Part shown: piece by piece, positions 22,067-32,372 of the stretch
Layout of the letters: each line of letters begins with the position of its first letter
How positions within the stretch are numbered: the first letter of the stretch is position 1
Source: an uncultured Pelagibacteraceae bacterium
GTDB lineage: Bacteria > Pseudomonadota > Alphaproteobacteria > Pelagibacterales > AG-422-B15
Assembly (NCBI GenBank): GCA_902554325.1
Contig: CACDOH010000001.1
Coordinates: 68,135-132,134, forward strand
Direction: 5' to 3'
DNA length: 64,000 nt
Position numbers and translations under genes: made by a program
Notes under the pieces: model-generated
Seen by the model: only the letters and a program-made list of their open reading frames with translations
Database searches by the model: none
What the model was told of the DNA's origin: nothing

Positions 22067-22848
22067 TGAGTTACTCAGATCCTCACATAAATGCGATATT
22101 CCTTGCTTCAAGAAAAGTAAGTAAAAATCTCATACGAGACTTTGGAGAAGTTGAAAAATTACAGGTATCTTTAAAGGGAGTTTCTGATTTTGTTTCTTTA
22201 GCAGATACCCGAGCAGAGAAGCAAATAATAAAAGAACTTACTTATTCATATCCTAAAATAAATATACTTGCTGAGGAAAATGGAACAATAAAGAACTCAG
22301 ACGATAATATGAGATGGATAATCGATCCTCTTGATGGTACGAGTAATTTTGTTTTTAGTATCCCCCATTTTGCGATTTCAATTGCTCTGGAAAAAGACAA
22401 TGAAATTATTGTAGGTGGAGTTTATCAGCCACTGACAGATGAGTTTTTTTGGGCTGTAAAAGGCAGGGGCGCTTTTTGCAACAACCTAAGGCTAAGAGTT
22501 TCATCAAGGGAAAACTTAGAAGACTGCATGATTGGAACAGGCATTCCTCACAAAGGAATGAAAGGACACGAAGAGTATCTACCTGGACTTAAAACAGTAA
22601 TGGAAAATGTATGTGGTGTTAGAAGATTGGGCGCTGCATCTTTGGATCTAGCATATGTTGCTGCTGGCAAGTATGACGGTTATTGGGAAAAAAACTTAAA
22701 GCTAGTTGATATCGCCGCAGGATCATTAATTGTAAAAGAGGCAGGTGGAAAAGTAACTGACTTTGAAGGAAGAGAGGAATATCTTAATTCAGGAAGAATT
22801 CTTGCAACTAACTTTAGAATTCATGATCAACTTCAAAAAGTAATTTAA
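22066..22848 (+). CDS. suhB: Inositol monophosphatase SuhB
   Basis: RDFGEVEKLQVS, WIIDPLDGT, RRLGAASLDLAYVAAG. Confidence 0.92.
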   Translation: MSYSDPHINAIFLASRKVSKNLIRDFGEVEKLQVSLKGVSDFVSLADTRAEKQIIKELTYSYPKINILAEENGTIKNSDDNMRWIIDPLDGTSNFVFSIPHFAISIALEKDNEIIVGGVYQPLTDEFFWAVKGRGAFCNNLRLRVSSRENLEDCMIGTGIPHKGMKGHEEYLPGLKTVMENVCGVRRLGAASLDLAYVAAGKYDGYWEKNLKLVDIAAGSLIVKEAGGKVTDFEGREEYLNSGRILATNFRIHDQLQKVI

Positions 22849-23151
22849 TTATATTTTTATACCAAATCTATTTAAAATTTTCTTTTCAAATTTCCAAAAA
22901 TATTGAAATTGTCCAAAAGGAATGGCAACTAATAATAATAATATTTGATATATAAAAAATAAAAGAATAATTCTAATTGGCCAAAAAAAAATTGGATTAA
23001 AGTTTTCCTCTTTCAAGCCGATGATTTCAAAAAATTCGACTGTTATATAAAGTGATACAGATCCTGTGATTGCAAATACAATCATTATCAATATAAACTG
23101 CCAAAAACTGATAATATTGAGCCTTTTCATCATTGCATTAACTATTCTCAT
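22849..23151 (-). CDS. Small membrane protein (DUF6787-like)
   Basis: WQF..I..VFAITGS and YQILLL...FGQF.YFW.FEKK pattern; two TM segments. Confidence 0.6.
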   Translation of the reverse strand: MRIVNAMMKRLNIISFWQFILIMIVFAITGSVSLYITVEFFEIIGLKEENFNPIFFWPIRIILLFFIYQILLLLVAIPFGQFQYFWKFEKKILNRFGIKI

Positions 23152-23222
23152 AGAAATTCACTAAATAATCATTGATCAAGATTATTATATAGTTTAATTA
23201 ACCTCAAAATTAACTAAATAAA

Positions 23223-23441
23223 ATGAAAAAAGATAAACATCCAAATTATCACACAATTAACGTTGTCATGACAGATGGTACGAAGTTTGAAACGAAGTCC
23301 ACATGGGGAAAAGAAGGAGACACAATGTCTCTTGATATAGATCCTTTATCTCATCCTGCATGGACCGGTGGGCAGCAAAAAATTCAAGATAAAGGTCAAG
23401 TAAGCAGATTTAAGAAGAGATTTAGCAATCTTAAAACTTAA
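23223..23441 (+). CDS. rpmE: 50S ribosomal protein bL31 (Cys-free type)
   Basis: [29 protein letters not shown]. Confidence 0.96.
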   Translation: MKKDKHPNYHTINVVMTDGTKFETKSTWGKEGDTMSLDIDPLSHPAWTGGQQKIQDKGQVSRFKKRFSNLKT

Positions 23442-23450
23442 ACTTCGAAC

Positions 23451-23478
23451 CTTGAAATCAAGATAATCATCACAATAT
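23451..23478 (+). promoter_or_regulatory. Putative sigma-32 promoter of ibpA
   Basis: CTTGAA (23451-23456), 16 nt, CAATAT (23473-23478), directly before a structured leader of a heat-shock gene. Confidence 0.65.
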
Positions 23479-23483
23479 GAGTC

Positions 23484-23573
23484 TTGTTGGTGGCAATAAT
23501 GCATCATCAAAAATTGCCTAGCTTAATTTAAGTAGGCCAAAACTTATAATCGCTTAAGGAGGATTAAACTATG
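23484..23573 (+). promoter_or_regulatory. ROSE-type RNA thermometer in the ibpA 5' UTR
   Basis: Three hairpins (23484-23510, 23516-23537, 23547-23566). The last carries the U(U/C)GCU motif (TCGCT 23550-23554) with a bulged G and pairs over the SD AAGGAGG (23556-23562). Confidence 0.8.
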
Positions 23574-23999
23574 ACTACATTTGACTTATCGCCATTACTG
23601 CGCTCAAGCGTAGGTTTTGACGCATTTGACAATATTTTTGACTCTGTCTTTAATATGAATGAGACTGGAAGTGCTTACCCGCCTTACAATATTGTGAAAT
23701 CAGGTAATAATTACACCATAACACTTGCAGTAGCTGGTTTTTCAATGTCTGACTTAGACATTTCTGTACAAGAAAATGAGCTAATAATCAGTGGTAAGAC
23801 CAATGACTCTGAAAATAACGTTGAGTTCTTGCATAAAGGTATTGCTGGGAGAAGCTTTGAAAGAAAGTTTCGACTAGCTGACACTATCAAAGTATCTGAT
23901 GCAAACTATGAGAATGGTTTATTGCATGTATTTCTTGAAAGGGAAATTCCAGAACATCAAAAACCAAGAAAAATAGAAATTAATAATAAAATTAATTAA
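23571..23999 (+). CDS. ibpA: Small heat shock protein IbpA (Hsp20)
   Basis: DLSPLLRSSVGFD, YPPYNI, AVAGF, LHKGIA.RSFERKF, ENGLL, PRKIEI. Confidence 0.95.
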   Translation: MTTFDLSPLLRSSVGFDAFDNIFDSVFNMNETGSAYPPYNIVKSGNNYTITLAVAGFSMSDLDISVQENELIISGKTNDSENNVEFLHKGIAGRSFERKFRLADTIKVSDANYENGLLHVFLEREIPEHQKPRKIEINNKIN

Positions 24000-24007
24000 T
24001 TTTAATA

Positions 24008-24037
24008 AGGAGCTGCTAATAATACTTAGCGGCTCCT
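24008..24037 (+). terminator. Hairpin after ibpA (probable intrinsic terminator)
   Basis: AGGAGCTGCTAA-taatac-TTAGCGGCTCCT (12-bp stem, one G:U), followed by CTATATTTTT. Confidence 0.7.
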
Positions 24038-24047
24038 CTATATTTTT

Positions 24048-25025
24048 ATGAAAGCAATTACTTTTGATAAATTTGGAGGCCCTGAAGTCCTATATTTATC
24101 TGACAACATAGAGACACCAGTTGTTAGTGATGAAGAAGTATTAATCAAAGTTCATGCAGCAGGGATAAATAGACCTGACATATTGCAACGCATGGGGCAA
24201 TATCCACCTCCTAGAGGTGCTTCGGAGATACTTGGACTAGAGGTTTCAGGATGTATAGTAGATTGTGGTAAAGGTATTGATAAAGAATTTCTAAACAAAA
24301 ATGTTTGTGCTCTTGTAACAGGTGGTGGATATGCGGAATATGTGAAATGTCATAAATCAACAATACTACCTATTCCTAAAGGCATTTCGCTTAGTGATGC
24401 TTGCACTATCCCTGAAACTTTTTTTACAGTATGGACAAATTTATTTGACCTTGCGAAACTTAAAAGGGATGAAACCCTGCTTATTCACGGTGGCGCTAGC
24501 GGTATTGGTTTAACTGCTGTTTCAATGGCAATGGCCTTTGGAGTGAAATGCATTGCTACAGTAGGATCTGATGAAAAAGAAAATTACTTAAACTCTCTAA
24601 ATATAGAACGAGTAATTAATTATAAGACTGATGATTTTGAAAAAATAATACTCAACGAGTATAAAGGTATTGATGTAATTTTGGATATGGTAGGAGGAAA
24701 TTACTTCCAAAAAAATCTAAATATAATGAATCGTTTTGGGAGACTAATAAATATTGCTTATCTTCAGGGCTCAAAGATTGAAGCTAATCTTCTTCCAATT
24801 ATGCTAAAAAGATTAATCATTTCGGGATCTACTTTAAGAACAAGGGCAAATAAAGAAAAGGCAGAAATAGCCGAAAATCTTAAAAAGAATATTTGGCCTT
24901 TGATAGAAAATAACAATATTAAACTTCATATTGATAAAAAATTTGATATGAGTGATGTCTCAAAAGCACACCAATACATGGAAAATAATAAAAATATTGG
25001 CAAATTACTGCTAAATTTTGAGTAA
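24048..25025 (+). CDS. NAD(P)H-quinone oxidoreductase, PIG3 family (MDR)
   Basis: GINRPD..QR.G.YPPP.GAS.ILGLEVSG, PETFFTVW.N, HGGASGIG, GSTLR. Confidence 0.92.
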   Translation: MKAITFDKFGGPEVLYLSDNIETPVVSDEEVLIKVHAAGINRPDILQRMGQYPPPRGASEILGLEVSGCIVDCGKGIDKEFLNKNVCALVTGGGYAEYVKCHKSTILPIPKGISLSDACTIPETFFTVWTNLFDLAKLKRDETLLIHGGASGIGLTAVSMAMAFGVKCIATVGSDEKENYLNSLNIERVINYKTDDFEKIILNEYKGIDVILDMVGGNYFQKNLNIMNRFGRLINIAYLQGSKIEANLLPIMLKRLIISGSTLRTRANKEKAEIAENLKKNIWPLIENNNIKLHIDKKFDMSDVSKAHQYMENNKNIGKLLLNFE

Positions 25026-25077
25026 AGCTTTGAAAAAATGATAAACTAACATATAAGAACTTTTTTAATTACAGATT

Positions 25078-25719
25078 ATGAAAACAATAAAATTACCACT
25101 TATGCCAAAGGCTACTGCAATTTGGCTTGTAGATAACACTTCCCTCTCTTTCAGACAGATAGGAGATTTCTGTGGCATGCACGAACTGGAAATTAAAGGT
25201 ATAGCTGACGGCGAAGTGGGTGTAGGAATAAAAGGATTAAATCCAATTACTAGTGGCCAATTAACTAAAGAAGAAATTGATAGATGTGTTGCATCCGAAG
25301 AAGAAGAGCTTCAAATCATTGAAAATGAAATCTCTGAAAAAACAGAACAATCAAAGAAAAAAAAGAAATATACACCCCTATCTAAAAGACAAGATCGACC
25401 AGATGCTGTTTATTGGTTGATTAGAAATCATCCTGAATTAAAAGACTCTCAGGTAGCTCGTTTAGTTGGAAGTACAAAAAATACTATAGACGGAATAAGA
25501 AAGAGAACTCATTGGAATATGGCAAACATCAGACCTCAAGACCCAATCGGTCTCGGTCTATGTAGGCAAATAGAATTAGATGAAGCTCTTGAAAAAGCTG
25601 AGCGCTCAATCAAACGTGCTGAAAAGAAAAAAGCAAAAGAAGAGAAGCTAAAATTAGAGGAAATGAATATTCAAAATGAAGAGAATCTCTCCTCTACAAA
25701 TACAACTATAGACGAATAA
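25078..25719 (+). CDS. trcR: DUF1013 family protein (TrcR-like cell-cycle transcription factor)
   Basis: PLMPKATAIWLVDNTSLSF.QI, IADGEV, YTPLSKRQDRPDA, RTHWN. Confidence 0.88.
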   Translation: MKTIKLPLMPKATAIWLVDNTSLSFRQIGDFCGMHELEIKGIADGEVGVGIKGLNPITSGQLTKEEIDRCVASEEEELQIIENEISEKTEQSKKKKKYTPLSKRQDRPDAVYWLIRNHPELKDSQVARLVGSTKNTIDGIRKRTHWNMANIRPQDPIGLGLCRQIELDEALEKAERSIKRAEKKKAKEEKLKLEEMNIQNEENLSSTNTTIDE

Positions 25720-25728
25720 GTTTTATCG

Positions 25729-26217
25729 ATGAAAAGTTTGCCACTCGTTAGCATAATAATGGGAAGCCAATCTGATTGGTCAACAATGAAACATGCATCA
25801 AAAATTCTAACTACTTTTAAAATTAAACATGAAGTAAAGATTATTTCAGCCCATCGCACTCCCAAAAGATTATTCACATATGCTGAGGAAGCTGACAAAA
25901 GAGGTATAAAAGTAATAATTGCAGGAGCTGGGGGAGCTGCTCATCTTCCTGGCATGACAGCATCAATAAGTAATTTGCCTGTGCTGGGTGTTCCAGTTGA
26001 ATCTAAAAAATTAAAAGGATTGGATAGCTTATTATCAATTGCTCAAATGCCTGCAGGTGTTCCTGTAGGATCGCTAGCTGTTGGTGAATCAGGTGCAAAA
26101 AATGCTGCCTTATTAGCAATCTCAATATTAAGTGGTGAAGATAAAATTCTTAAAAACAAGTATAAGAGTTGGCGTTTAAAGCAAACCCGGTCAGTAAATA
26201 TCAAACCTAAAAAATGA
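25729..26217 (+). CDS. purE: N5-CAIR mutase
   Basis: [34 protein letters not shown]. Confidence 0.97.
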   Translation: MKSLPLVSIIMGSQSDWSTMKHASKILTTFKIKHEVKIISAHRTPKRLFTYAEEADKRGIKVIIAGAGGAAHLPGMTASISNLPVLGVPVESKKLKGLDSLLSIAQMPAGVPVGSLAVGESGAKNAALLAISILSGEDKILKNKYKSWRLKQTRSVNIKPKK

Positions 26218-27287
26218 GTTTAAAAGTTAAGACAGTTGGCATCATTGGTGGTGGACAGCTGGGCATGTTCTTAGCTCATTCATGTAATAAATTAGGACTT
26301 ATAGTATTCGTTTACTCAGACAGCAAAAGAGTTCCCGCAGAAAAATATGCTGACAAAATGTTCTACGGTTCTTTTGAAGATGTCGAAAGTTTAAAAACTT
26401 TTAGTAGTGAAGTAGATCTTATAACCTACGAATTTGAAAATGTATCAACTAAAGCTCTAAACAAATTAAAGGGAAAGAAAATATACCCACCTATTTCTGC
26501 ACTAATTATTAGTCAGGATAGAAAAAAAGAGAAACAATTCTTCTCAAAAAATAAAATTAACCATGCAGGAATTGGTCTTCTAAATAATAAGAATAGTTTG
26601 AAAAGACTAAAAACTTCAATTCAGTATCCTGTAATATTAAAAACAACTAGATTTGGCTACGATGGTAAAGGACAAGCATTAGTAAAAAATACTAAAAATT
26701 TAGAAAGACAATGGAAAGAGAATGGATATCAGGAATGTATTATAGAAAGGAAGATTAATCTTAAAAAAGAAGTTTCAGTTATATGCGCAAGAGACATTAA
26801 ACGAAATTCTTATTTCTATCCAACATTCACTAATGTACACAAAAACCACATACTTTTTGAAACAAAATCACCTAGTAGTATTGATGCAGAAATTGAAGGT
26901 AAATTATTAAAAATATCAAAAAAAATTATTACAAAGCTTAATTATATTGGATTATTAACGATTGAATTTTTCATTGATAAAGAAAATACTATTTATGTTA
27001 ATGAAATTGCTCCAAGGGTTCATAATTCTGGGCATATAACACTTGATAATGCGAACATAAGTCAATTTGAGTTGCATATAAAAGCCATTACAGGAAAAAA
27101 AATTCTGAAACCCAAACTACTTAAAAAAGGGCTTATGAGAAATCTTATAGGCAATGAAATAAAAAGAGTGAAAAGTATAAAATCTATGAGGAAGTATAAA
27201 GGCTTCAAAAAAAACGTAAAGTATGACTATGGCAAAAAGATCGTAAAAGGTGGCCGAAAAATGGGTCACATTAATTTTATCTCATAA
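26214..27287 (+). CDS. purK: N5-CAIR synthetase
   Basis: [36 protein letters not shown]. Confidence 0.96.
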   Translation: MSLKVKTVGIIGGGQLGMFLAHSCNKLGLIVFVYSDSKRVPAEKYADKMFYGSFEDVESLKTFSSEVDLITYEFENVSTKALNKLKGKKIYPPISALIISQDRKKEKQFFSKNKINHAGIGLLNNKNSLKRLKTSIQYPVILKTTRFGYDGKGQALVKNTKNLERQWKENGYQECIIERKINLKKEVSVICARDIKRNSYFYPTFTNVHKNHILFETKSPSSIDAEIEGKLLKISKKIITKLNYIGLLTIEFFIDKENTIYVNEIAPRVHNSGHITLDNANISQFELHIKAITGKKILKPKLLKKGLMRNLIGNEIKRVKSIKSMRKYKGFKKNVKYDYGKKIVKGGRKMGHINFIS

Positions 27288-27374
27288 TTGAATATAGTTT
27301 TATTTGGCTAGACAAAGGAATTCCAAGATGGTAAAAACCCACAAATTTTAAGTGCTCTTAAGGAGGGCAGTACC

Positions 27375-27572
27375 ATAGTTGAAGTAAGTGTAAAAGATAA
27401 CAACGTTGAAGGAGCTTTACGTATCCTTAAGAAAAAAATGCAAAGAGAAGGTATTTTTAAGGAAATGAAAATGAGAACTTACTTCGAAAAACCTAGCCAG
27501 AAAAAGTTAAGAGAAAAAGCAGAAAATATTCGTCGTTCTCGAAAAATGGCTAGAAGAAAATTATACAGCTAA
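27375..27572 (+). CDS. rpsU: 30S ribosomal protein bS21 with apparent ATA start (absent from ORF track)
   Basis: Hand translation: (I)[73 protein letters not shown] at 27360-27366. Confidence 0.93.
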   Translation: MVEVSVKDNNVEGALRILKKKMQREGIFKEMKMRTYFEKPSQKKLREKAENIRRSRKMARRKLYS

Positions 27573-27577
27573 AATAA

Positions 27578-28978
27578 CTACAAAGCCTTAACAATACCCT
27601 CAACCATTTTTTTAGCATCAGAGAAAAGCATCATGGTATTGTCTCTGTAAAATAACTCATTATCTACCCCGGCATAACCTAAGCCCCTACCCCTCTTAAC
27701 AAATAAAACTGTATTTGCATTCTCTACATCAAGGATTGGCATTCCATAAATTGGTGAAGAAGGATCAGTTTTAGCTAAAGGATTGGTTACATCATTCGCA
27801 CCTATTACAAATGCCACATCTGCTTGAGAAAATTCTGAATTTATATCTTCCAATTCAAAAACATCATCATATGGCACATTAGCTTCGGCTAACAAAACAT
27901 TCATATGGCCAGGCATTCTTCCTGCAACTGGGTGAATTGCAAAAGTTACTTTAACTCCATTTCTTTTCAAGGCATCAGTCATCTCTTTTAATACGTGCTG
28001 AGCTTGAGCTACTGCCATTCCATAACCTGGTACGATAATAACAGATCCAGCATTTTTCATGATAAATGCTGCATCATCAAAGCCGCCCTCTTTTACAGGT
28101 CGTTGCTCTACATCTTTATTAACTGCGATATCATCACCGCCAAAACCTCCTAATATTACACTTATGAATGATCTATTCATTGCGGCACACATTATATATG
28201 AGAGTATGGCACCAGATGATCCAACTAACGCTCCAGTAATTATTAGTGCTGTATTTCCAAGTGTGAACCCAATGCCTGCTGCAGCCCATCCTGAATATGA
28301 GTTAAGCATAGATACGACTACTGGCATATCTGCTCCACCAATCGGAATAATAATAAGAAAACCTATTAAGAATGATAGTGCGATAATTGTTAAATATATC
28401 TTTTGATCCTGATTGAAGCAAAAATACACAATACCAGCAATGATTACAATCCCAATAAATAAATTGAGCATATGTTGTCCTCTAAATACTATCGGAGAAC
28501 CAGACATTATTCCTTGAAGTTTACCAAACGCAATTACAGAGCCAGAAAAAGTAATTGCACCAATCACTGCCCCCAAAGACATTTCAACTAAACTTAGAGT
28601 TTTTATATTTCCCAAAGTCCCAATTTTAAATGCCTCAGGCGCATAAAATGCAGCTAGAGCAACAAATACAGCAGCTAAACCAACAAGGCTATGAAAACCT
28701 GCAACTAACTGTGGCATATCTGTCATAGCAATTCTTTTCGCAATAATAGCACCTACTATTCCACCAATAGCAATTGCAACTATAACAAATACAATCGTTT
28801 GAATATCTGAAGTAAAAAAATTAACCGAGAACAAAGTTGCTAAAATAGCAATTACCATTCCTAGAATACCAAAAATATTTCCTCTTCTCGAACTTTCCGG
28901 GGATGAGAGTCCTCTTAATGCGATAATAAAAAATACACCCGATACAACATATGCAATGGCGACTAGATTTGTAAGCAT
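27578..28978 (-). CDS. pntB: NAD(P) transhydrogenase subunit beta
   Basis: [59 protein letters not shown]. Confidence 0.98.
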   Translation of the reverse strand: MLTNLVAIAYVVSGVFFIIALRGLSSPESSRRGNIFGILGMVIAILATLFSVNFFTSDIQTIVFVIVAIAIGGIVGAIIAKRIAMTDMPQLVAGFHSLVGLAAVFVALAAFYAPEAFKIGTLGNIKTLSLVEMSLGAVIGAITFSGSVIAFGKLQGIMSGSPIVFRGQHMLNLFIGIVIIAGIVYFCFNQDQKIYLTIIALSFLIGFLIIIPIGGADMPVVVSMLNSYSGWAAAGIGFTLGNTALIITGALVGSSGAILSYIMCAAMNRSFISVILGGFGGDDIAVNKDVEQRPVKEGGFDDAAFIMKNAGSVIIVPGYGMAVAQAQHVLKEMTDALKRNGVKVTFAIHPVAGRMPGHMNVLLAEANVPYDDVFELEDINSEFSQADVAFVIGANDVTNPLAKTDPSSPIYGMPILDVENANTVLFVKRGRGLGYAGVDNELFYRDNTMMLFSDAKKMVEGIVKAL

Positions 28979-29302
28979 TTATTCTTTATCCTCTTTTTTT
29001 GGTTTTTTCTTATACATTGCAAGCATTCTTTGTGTAACTAGAAACCCGCCAAATATATTCACAGCAGCTAAAAGCACGGCAAGAAAGCCGAACCCTTTAG
29101 AAAGATTTCCTAAAAGTGATAGATCGCTGCTGAGAACTAGAGCAAATAACCCGCCAACAATTATAACTGATGATATTGCGTTAGTGACTGCCATCAGAGG
29201 TGTGTGTAAGGCAGGTGTAACGCTCCATACGACATAATATCCTATAAAAATCGATAAAACGAATATTGTTAGTCTGAATATATTTGGATCAACTAATTCC
29301 AT
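28979..29302 (-). CDS. pntAB: NAD(P) transhydrogenase alpha subunit, membrane part
   Basis: VTPALHTPLMAVTNAISS, NIFGGFLVTQRML. Confidence 0.96.
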   Translation of the reverse strand: MELVDPNIFRLTIFVLSIFIGYYVVWSVTPALHTPLMAVTNAISSVIIVGGLFALVLSSDLSLLGNLSKGFGFLAVLLAAVNIFGGFLVTQRMLAMYKKKPKKEDKE

Positions 29303-30423
29303 TATTTAAACTCCTCATTAGTTATTTCTTTATTCTTAGTGACAAGTATGCCTTTTACAATCTCATCTTCCCAATCAATGCTTAGTTCCTTTGTCTCACT
29401 ATCAATCAACAAATCTAAAAAATTTAAAACATTTTTAGAAAAAAGGGATGAGGCATCTTGCGAAATAGTTGATGTAATATTTTTTACACCTACAACTGTC
29501 ACCCCGTTCACATTATTTGTTTCACCCGCAGCTGAGCATTCACAATTGCCTCCACTTTCTGCAGCTAAATCAATAATTATTGATCCTGGCTTCATAGAAT
29601 TTACTTGCTCTTTTGAAATTAGTAGTGGGGCTTTTTTACCTGGTATTAAAGCTGTACATATTGCAATGTCTTGGGATGCTAAGGTTTCAGAAATTAGATT
29701 TGCTTGCTTTAATTTGAATTCTTCACTCATCTCCTTTGCATATCCTCCAGATGTCTCAGCATCTTGACCTTCATCATCTTCAACCATTACAAATTTGCCA
29801 CCCAAGCTTTCAACCTGTTCTTTTGCAGCCATTCTGACATCAGTTGCGGACACGATTGCTCCTAATCTTTTTGCTGTAGCAATAGCTTGCAGTCCTGCCA
29901 CACCAGCCCCAAATACCATGACTTTGGCAGGAGCAATTGTTCCTGCTGCTGTCATCATCATAGGCATTGCTTTATTAAAAAGATAAGTAGCATCAATGAC
30001 AGCTTTGTATCCTGCTAAATTTGATTGCGATGACAAAATATCCATAGATTGAGCCCTAGTTATTCTAGGCATTAATTCCATTGCAAAAGATGTTACTCCT
30101 TTATCTTTTAACTTATTAAGTGTATCACTATTATTATATGGATCGAGCGATGCAATTAGCACTGATCCCTCATTCATATGTGCAATTTCATCTTCATTTG
30201 GTTTATTAATCTTAAGTATCAGATCAGATTTACTTATATCAGTAATTTCATTCGATATTGATGCTCCACTTTTAATATACTCTTCATTAGAAAAATTTGA
30301 GTTTAATCCAGCATTGTCCTGTATAACTACATTAAGACCCCAGTCCTTCATCTTCTTTACAGTGTCTGGAGAGGCTGCCACTCTAGAGTCAGAATTGCTT
30401 TCTTTAAGAATATAAACTTGCAT
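29302..30423 (-). CDS. pntAA: NAD(P) transhydrogenase alpha subunit, NAD(H)-binding part
   Basis: PRITRAQSMDILSSQ, GAGVAGLQA, GGYAKEMS, TALIPGKKAP. Confidence 0.97.
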   Translation of the reverse strand: MQVYILKESNSDSRVAASPDTVKKMKDWGLNVVIQDNAGLNSNFSNEEYIKSGASISNEITDISKSDLILKINKPNEDEIAHMNEGSVLIASLDPYNNSDTLNKLKDKGVTSFAMELMPRITRAQSMDILSSQSNLAGYKAVIDATYLFNKAMPMMMTAAGTIAPAKVMVFGAGVAGLQAIATAKRLGAIVSATDVRMAAKEQVESLGGKFVMVEDDEGQDAETSGGYAKEMSEEFKLKQANLISETLASQDIAICTALIPGKKAPLLISKEQVNSMKPGSIIIDLAAESGGNCECSAAGETNNVNGVTVVGVKNITSTISQDASSLFSKNVLNFLDLLIDSETKELSIDWEDEIVKGILVTKNKEITNEEFK

Positions 30424-30435
30424 AATGAATAGAAT

Positions 30436-30546
30436 TTATAATAAGAAAATTGCCATAAATACTAGGACTAAAATCACACCCACTGATCCCCAAACAATTA
30501 ACTTTCCAAAAAATGAGTAGGTTTTTTTTTGTTCCGAAATGTCCAT
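30436..30546 (-). CDS. ctaH: aa3-type cytochrome c oxidase subunit IV (36 aa; absent from ORF track)
   Basis: Hand translation MDISEQKKTYSFFGKLIVWGSVGVILVLVFMAIFLL*. It matches the MDI.EQ..T(F/Y)..F pattern plus one TM helix and sits upstream of pntA. Confidence 0.8.
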   Translation of the reverse strand: MDISEQKKTYSFFGKLIVWGSVGVILVLVFMAIFLL

Positions 30547-30635
30547 AATATTCAATGTAATATATTTCTTAATTTATAATTTAACAGCATTATTTTTATA
30601 TAACTTTTAGTATAAAAATTTATTTTATTTAATTT

Positions 30636-31538
30636 TTACAATGCTTTAGAGGGCTTAGAATGATCCCAATCTATAACGAGAGATCTTAAGGCTGCTACTA
30701 ATGCTAAAGGTTGGTCTACCATAATATGATGGTGGGCTTCAGGAATATTTATTATTGGAGATTTTTTGTCCATGAGCTCATGCATATATTTTGCACTTCG
30801 ACCAGGAAAAAGAAGTGACTTCTCACCTCTAAATATAGCAACCCTACACTTCAAGCCCTTAAGCTTATTTCGATACATTGCTTGCCTTTCAGCGAAACTG
30901 TCACTATTAAAAATTTTCATATAGTTTGGATCAAACTTCCATGTCCATCCACCTCTAACTTTTTTAATAGATTTTTCTGCAATATAATCCATTACGTAAT
31001 CAAGTGCATCACTTTGTGACGGAACAAGTCTGAACCTTTTTCTTATATCTGATTGTCTTTTATAAATTTTATTAGCTCTTATTTTTAAGTCAAATTTAGG
31101 TGGTTTTTCTGAAGGAGGCATTATCGCAGTATCTACGATGACGAGGCCATAAAGAGTTTTTTTCATAGATGAAGCGGCAATTACACTGCACATACCTCCT
31201 AAACTGTGACCAACTAAAATTGGTTTCTTGAGTTTCTCTTTTTTGCAAACTCCAACTATTTCATCTCCCCATGACTCTATAGAGTATTTTTTTTTCCAAT
31301 CACTCTCACCCATACCTCCTAAATTCATTGCTATAACCCTATGCGTTTTTGCAAAATACGGTCCAATAAAATTCCACCACTCGGCGTGTGCCATTCCACC
31401 GTGAACAAATATTAGTCCGGGATTTTTTTTATCGCCCCAAGTATTATAGACTATTTTAGTGCCTTTAACTTTGACGGAACATATTTCTGGATTATTGGCG
31501 ATTGAATCTTTAAACCATTGAGGTGTATTAGTATTCAT
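30636..31538 (-). CDS. Alpha/beta fold hydrolase
   Basis: HGG oxyanion motif, GHSLGG nucleophile elbow, W.WKFDP, catalytic His in AHHHIM. Confidence 0.88.
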   Translation of the reverse strand: MNTNTPQWFKDSIANNPEICSVKVKGTKIVYNTWGDKKNPGLIFVHGGMAHAEWWNFIGPYFAKTHRVIAMNLGGMGESDWKKKYSIESWGDEIVGVCKKEKLKKPILVGHSLGGMCSVIAASSMKKTLYGLVIVDTAIMPPSEKPPKFDLKIRANKIYKRQSDIRKRFRLVPSQSDALDYVMDYIAEKSIKKVRGGWTWKFDPNYMKIFNSDSFAERQAMYRNKLKGLKCRVAIFRGEKSLLFPGRSAKYMHELMDKKSPIINIPEAHHHIMVDQPLALVAALRSLVIDWDHSKPSKAL

Positions 31539-32239
31539 GAAGTAAGTTTTTTTAATGATTTAACTACTGTTTTGTGTAATAGCCTTGAAACTCTTTTTAT
31601 CTTAGTTGGGTTTGAAAGTAAATCATTTCTGACTTCTATTAACGCATGTGGGAGCTTATTTTTTAAACCATGCCTATACATACTGTCTCCGATCAAATTT
31701 CCTCTGTATGGCTTATTGTCTCCAACATTTAGCTTCTGCAATTTAAGTTGGTCAATAATTATACTACTTAAATTTTTGTCTTCATTTGAAAGTATGCCAA
31801 ATTCTAAAAGTCTTCTTTTATTCTTAAATATTGGATTAAAAGAATGTAAAGATAAAATAACTTTAACTTTTTTATTTTTTATAGTTCGATTTATTTCGTG
31901 ATGATATTTATTATAAATTTTTTTAACCCTTAATCTTAATTCACTTTTACTAAGCCCTATATTCCCAGGAATTATTTTTCCATCTACTATTTCTGGAATA
32001 ACAGTTGGATCATTTAAATCTCTATTTAAATCAATGAGCAGTCTTGAATATTTACCTTGAATGACTTTACATTTTAATCGATTTGATAGATCTAAGCTTA
32101 GTTCTTTTACTCCAATATCGAAAGCAATATGCTGATTTAAAAAAACACTTGTTAGGCCGAGTTTATAATATTCTTTAGGTAAGTAGTTAGAAGCGTGATC
32201 AGCAATTATTAAAACTTGATTGCTTGAATATTTAACCAA
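31535..32239 (-). CDS. N-formylglutamate amidohydrolase family protein (TTG start)
   Basis: DHASN, HIAFDIG, SRLLIDLNR, IPGN, YH, SLHSF, N.PY, IEVRNDL. Confidence 0.85.
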   Translation of the reverse strand: MVKYSSNQVLIIADHASNYLPKEYYKLGLTSVFLNQHIAFDIGVKELSLDLSNRLKCKVIQGKYSRLLIDLNRDLNDPTVIPEIVDGKIIPGNIGLSKSELRLRVKKIYNKYHHEINRTIKNKKVKVILSLHSFNPIFKNKRRLLEFGILSNEDKNLSSIIIDQLKLQKLNVGDNKPYRGNLIGDSMYRHGLKNKLPHALIEVRNDLLSNPTKIKRVSRLLHKTVVKSLKKLTS

Positions 32240-32246
32240 AAGTTAA

Positions 32247-32372
32247 TTAACCTTGGCGAGCTTTCATTCTTGGATTTTTCTTATTAATCACGTAAAGACG
32301 ACCCTTACGTTTTATAAGCTTATTGTTTCGATCTCTGGTTTTGAGATTTTTTAGTGAACTTCTTACTTTCAT
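32247..32372 (-). CDS. rpmJ: 50S ribosomal protein bL36, zinc-free type (absent from ORF track)
   Basis: Hand translation [41 protein letters not shown] (41 aa). Confidence 0.96.
   Translation of the reverse strand: MKVRSSLKNLKTRDRNNKLIKRKGRLYVINKKNPRMKARQG

Noticed and set aside
30592..30619. ATTTTTATA-N10-TATAAAAAT inverted repeat upstream of ctaH
   Set aside because: Pure A/T arms in an A/T-rich gap; likely chance.
23223..32372. Zinc-free bL31 and bL36, class I aldolase and split pntA as novelties
   Set aside because: All are usual or common forms in Alphaproteobacteria.
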